A stretch of DNA of 64,000 bases from a virus. The stretch's first letter is position 1. Each line of letters opens with the position of its first letter. A model generated the notes under the pieces. That model made no database searches, was not told the origin of the DNA, and saw nothing but the letters and a program-made list of their open reading frames with translations. Positions 63,840-64,000 of this stretch are shown in pieces. The DNA is taken from the IMG/VR virus record IMGVR_UViG_3300031132_000002; one strand, written 5' to 3'. The translations under genes were made by a program, and so were the position numbers.

Positions 63840-64000
63840 ATGGCAATTTCAAATAACATTACATCGTTTGCAGAAACAACCAGAGCAGATACCGGAAACA
63901 AAGGATACGATAATGTATTCATCGATTCCGAGATGGGATATACGGCTTGGGCCTTACAAACACTTCAACATACGGATCACACTTATACAGTTACGCTGGA
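63840..64000 (+). CDS. probable baseplate protein (3' partial)
   Basis: ATG 63840 MAISNNITSFAETT..., open to window end. Confidence 0.55.
   Translation, partial: MAISNNITSFAETTRADTGNKGYDNVFIDSEMGYTAWALQTLQHTDHTYTVTL

Noticed and set aside
1-64000. stop-codon reassignment suggested by the UCA-loop RNA
   Set aside because: Conserved genes are intact in the standard code and several end in TGA or TAG (nrdA, rmlA, rmlB)

Overview
A 64-kb segment of a large virulent myovirus genome. Gene content and order (rmlBACD, NrdAB, ThyX, Prs-like + NAMPT-like pair, tRNA cluster, terminase to tape measure) resemble phi92/phAPEC8-like phages of Enterobacterales; this is recognised from gene content, not from a database search. 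Layout: (i) 1-2.4 kb, + strand small genes ending in a Sir2 gene; (ii) 2.5-36.3 kb, a long - strand block for nucleotide metabolism, dTDP-rhamnose synthesis, endolysin, nucleases, DNA ligase and RNA repair; (iii) 36.6-36.9 kb, a divergent junction with promoters and a cluster of GNA-triloop/tandem-GA hairpins (candidate origin); (iv) 36.9-40.6 kb, an NAD+ reconstitution (NARP1-like) operon; (v) 40.8-45.9 kb, an RNA cluster; (vi) 46-64 kb, spanins, a terminase with a mini-intein in its Walker A motif, head, neck and contractile tail genes with a -1 frameshift chaperone. The strongest novelty candidate is the RNA cluster. Besides about 17 tRNA genes it holds a complete type I hammerhead ribozyme directly after tRNA-Thr, a pseudoknotted RNA immediately downstream of its cleavage site, several mostly CCA-ended tRNA-shell RNAs with large structured inserts, and a Leu-like type II tRNA with a Glu anticodon. 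The same genome encodes two RNA ligases, end-healing enzymes and a degenerate class II aminoacyl-tRNA-synthetase-like protein. All structures were paired by eye; no folding or homology software was run.
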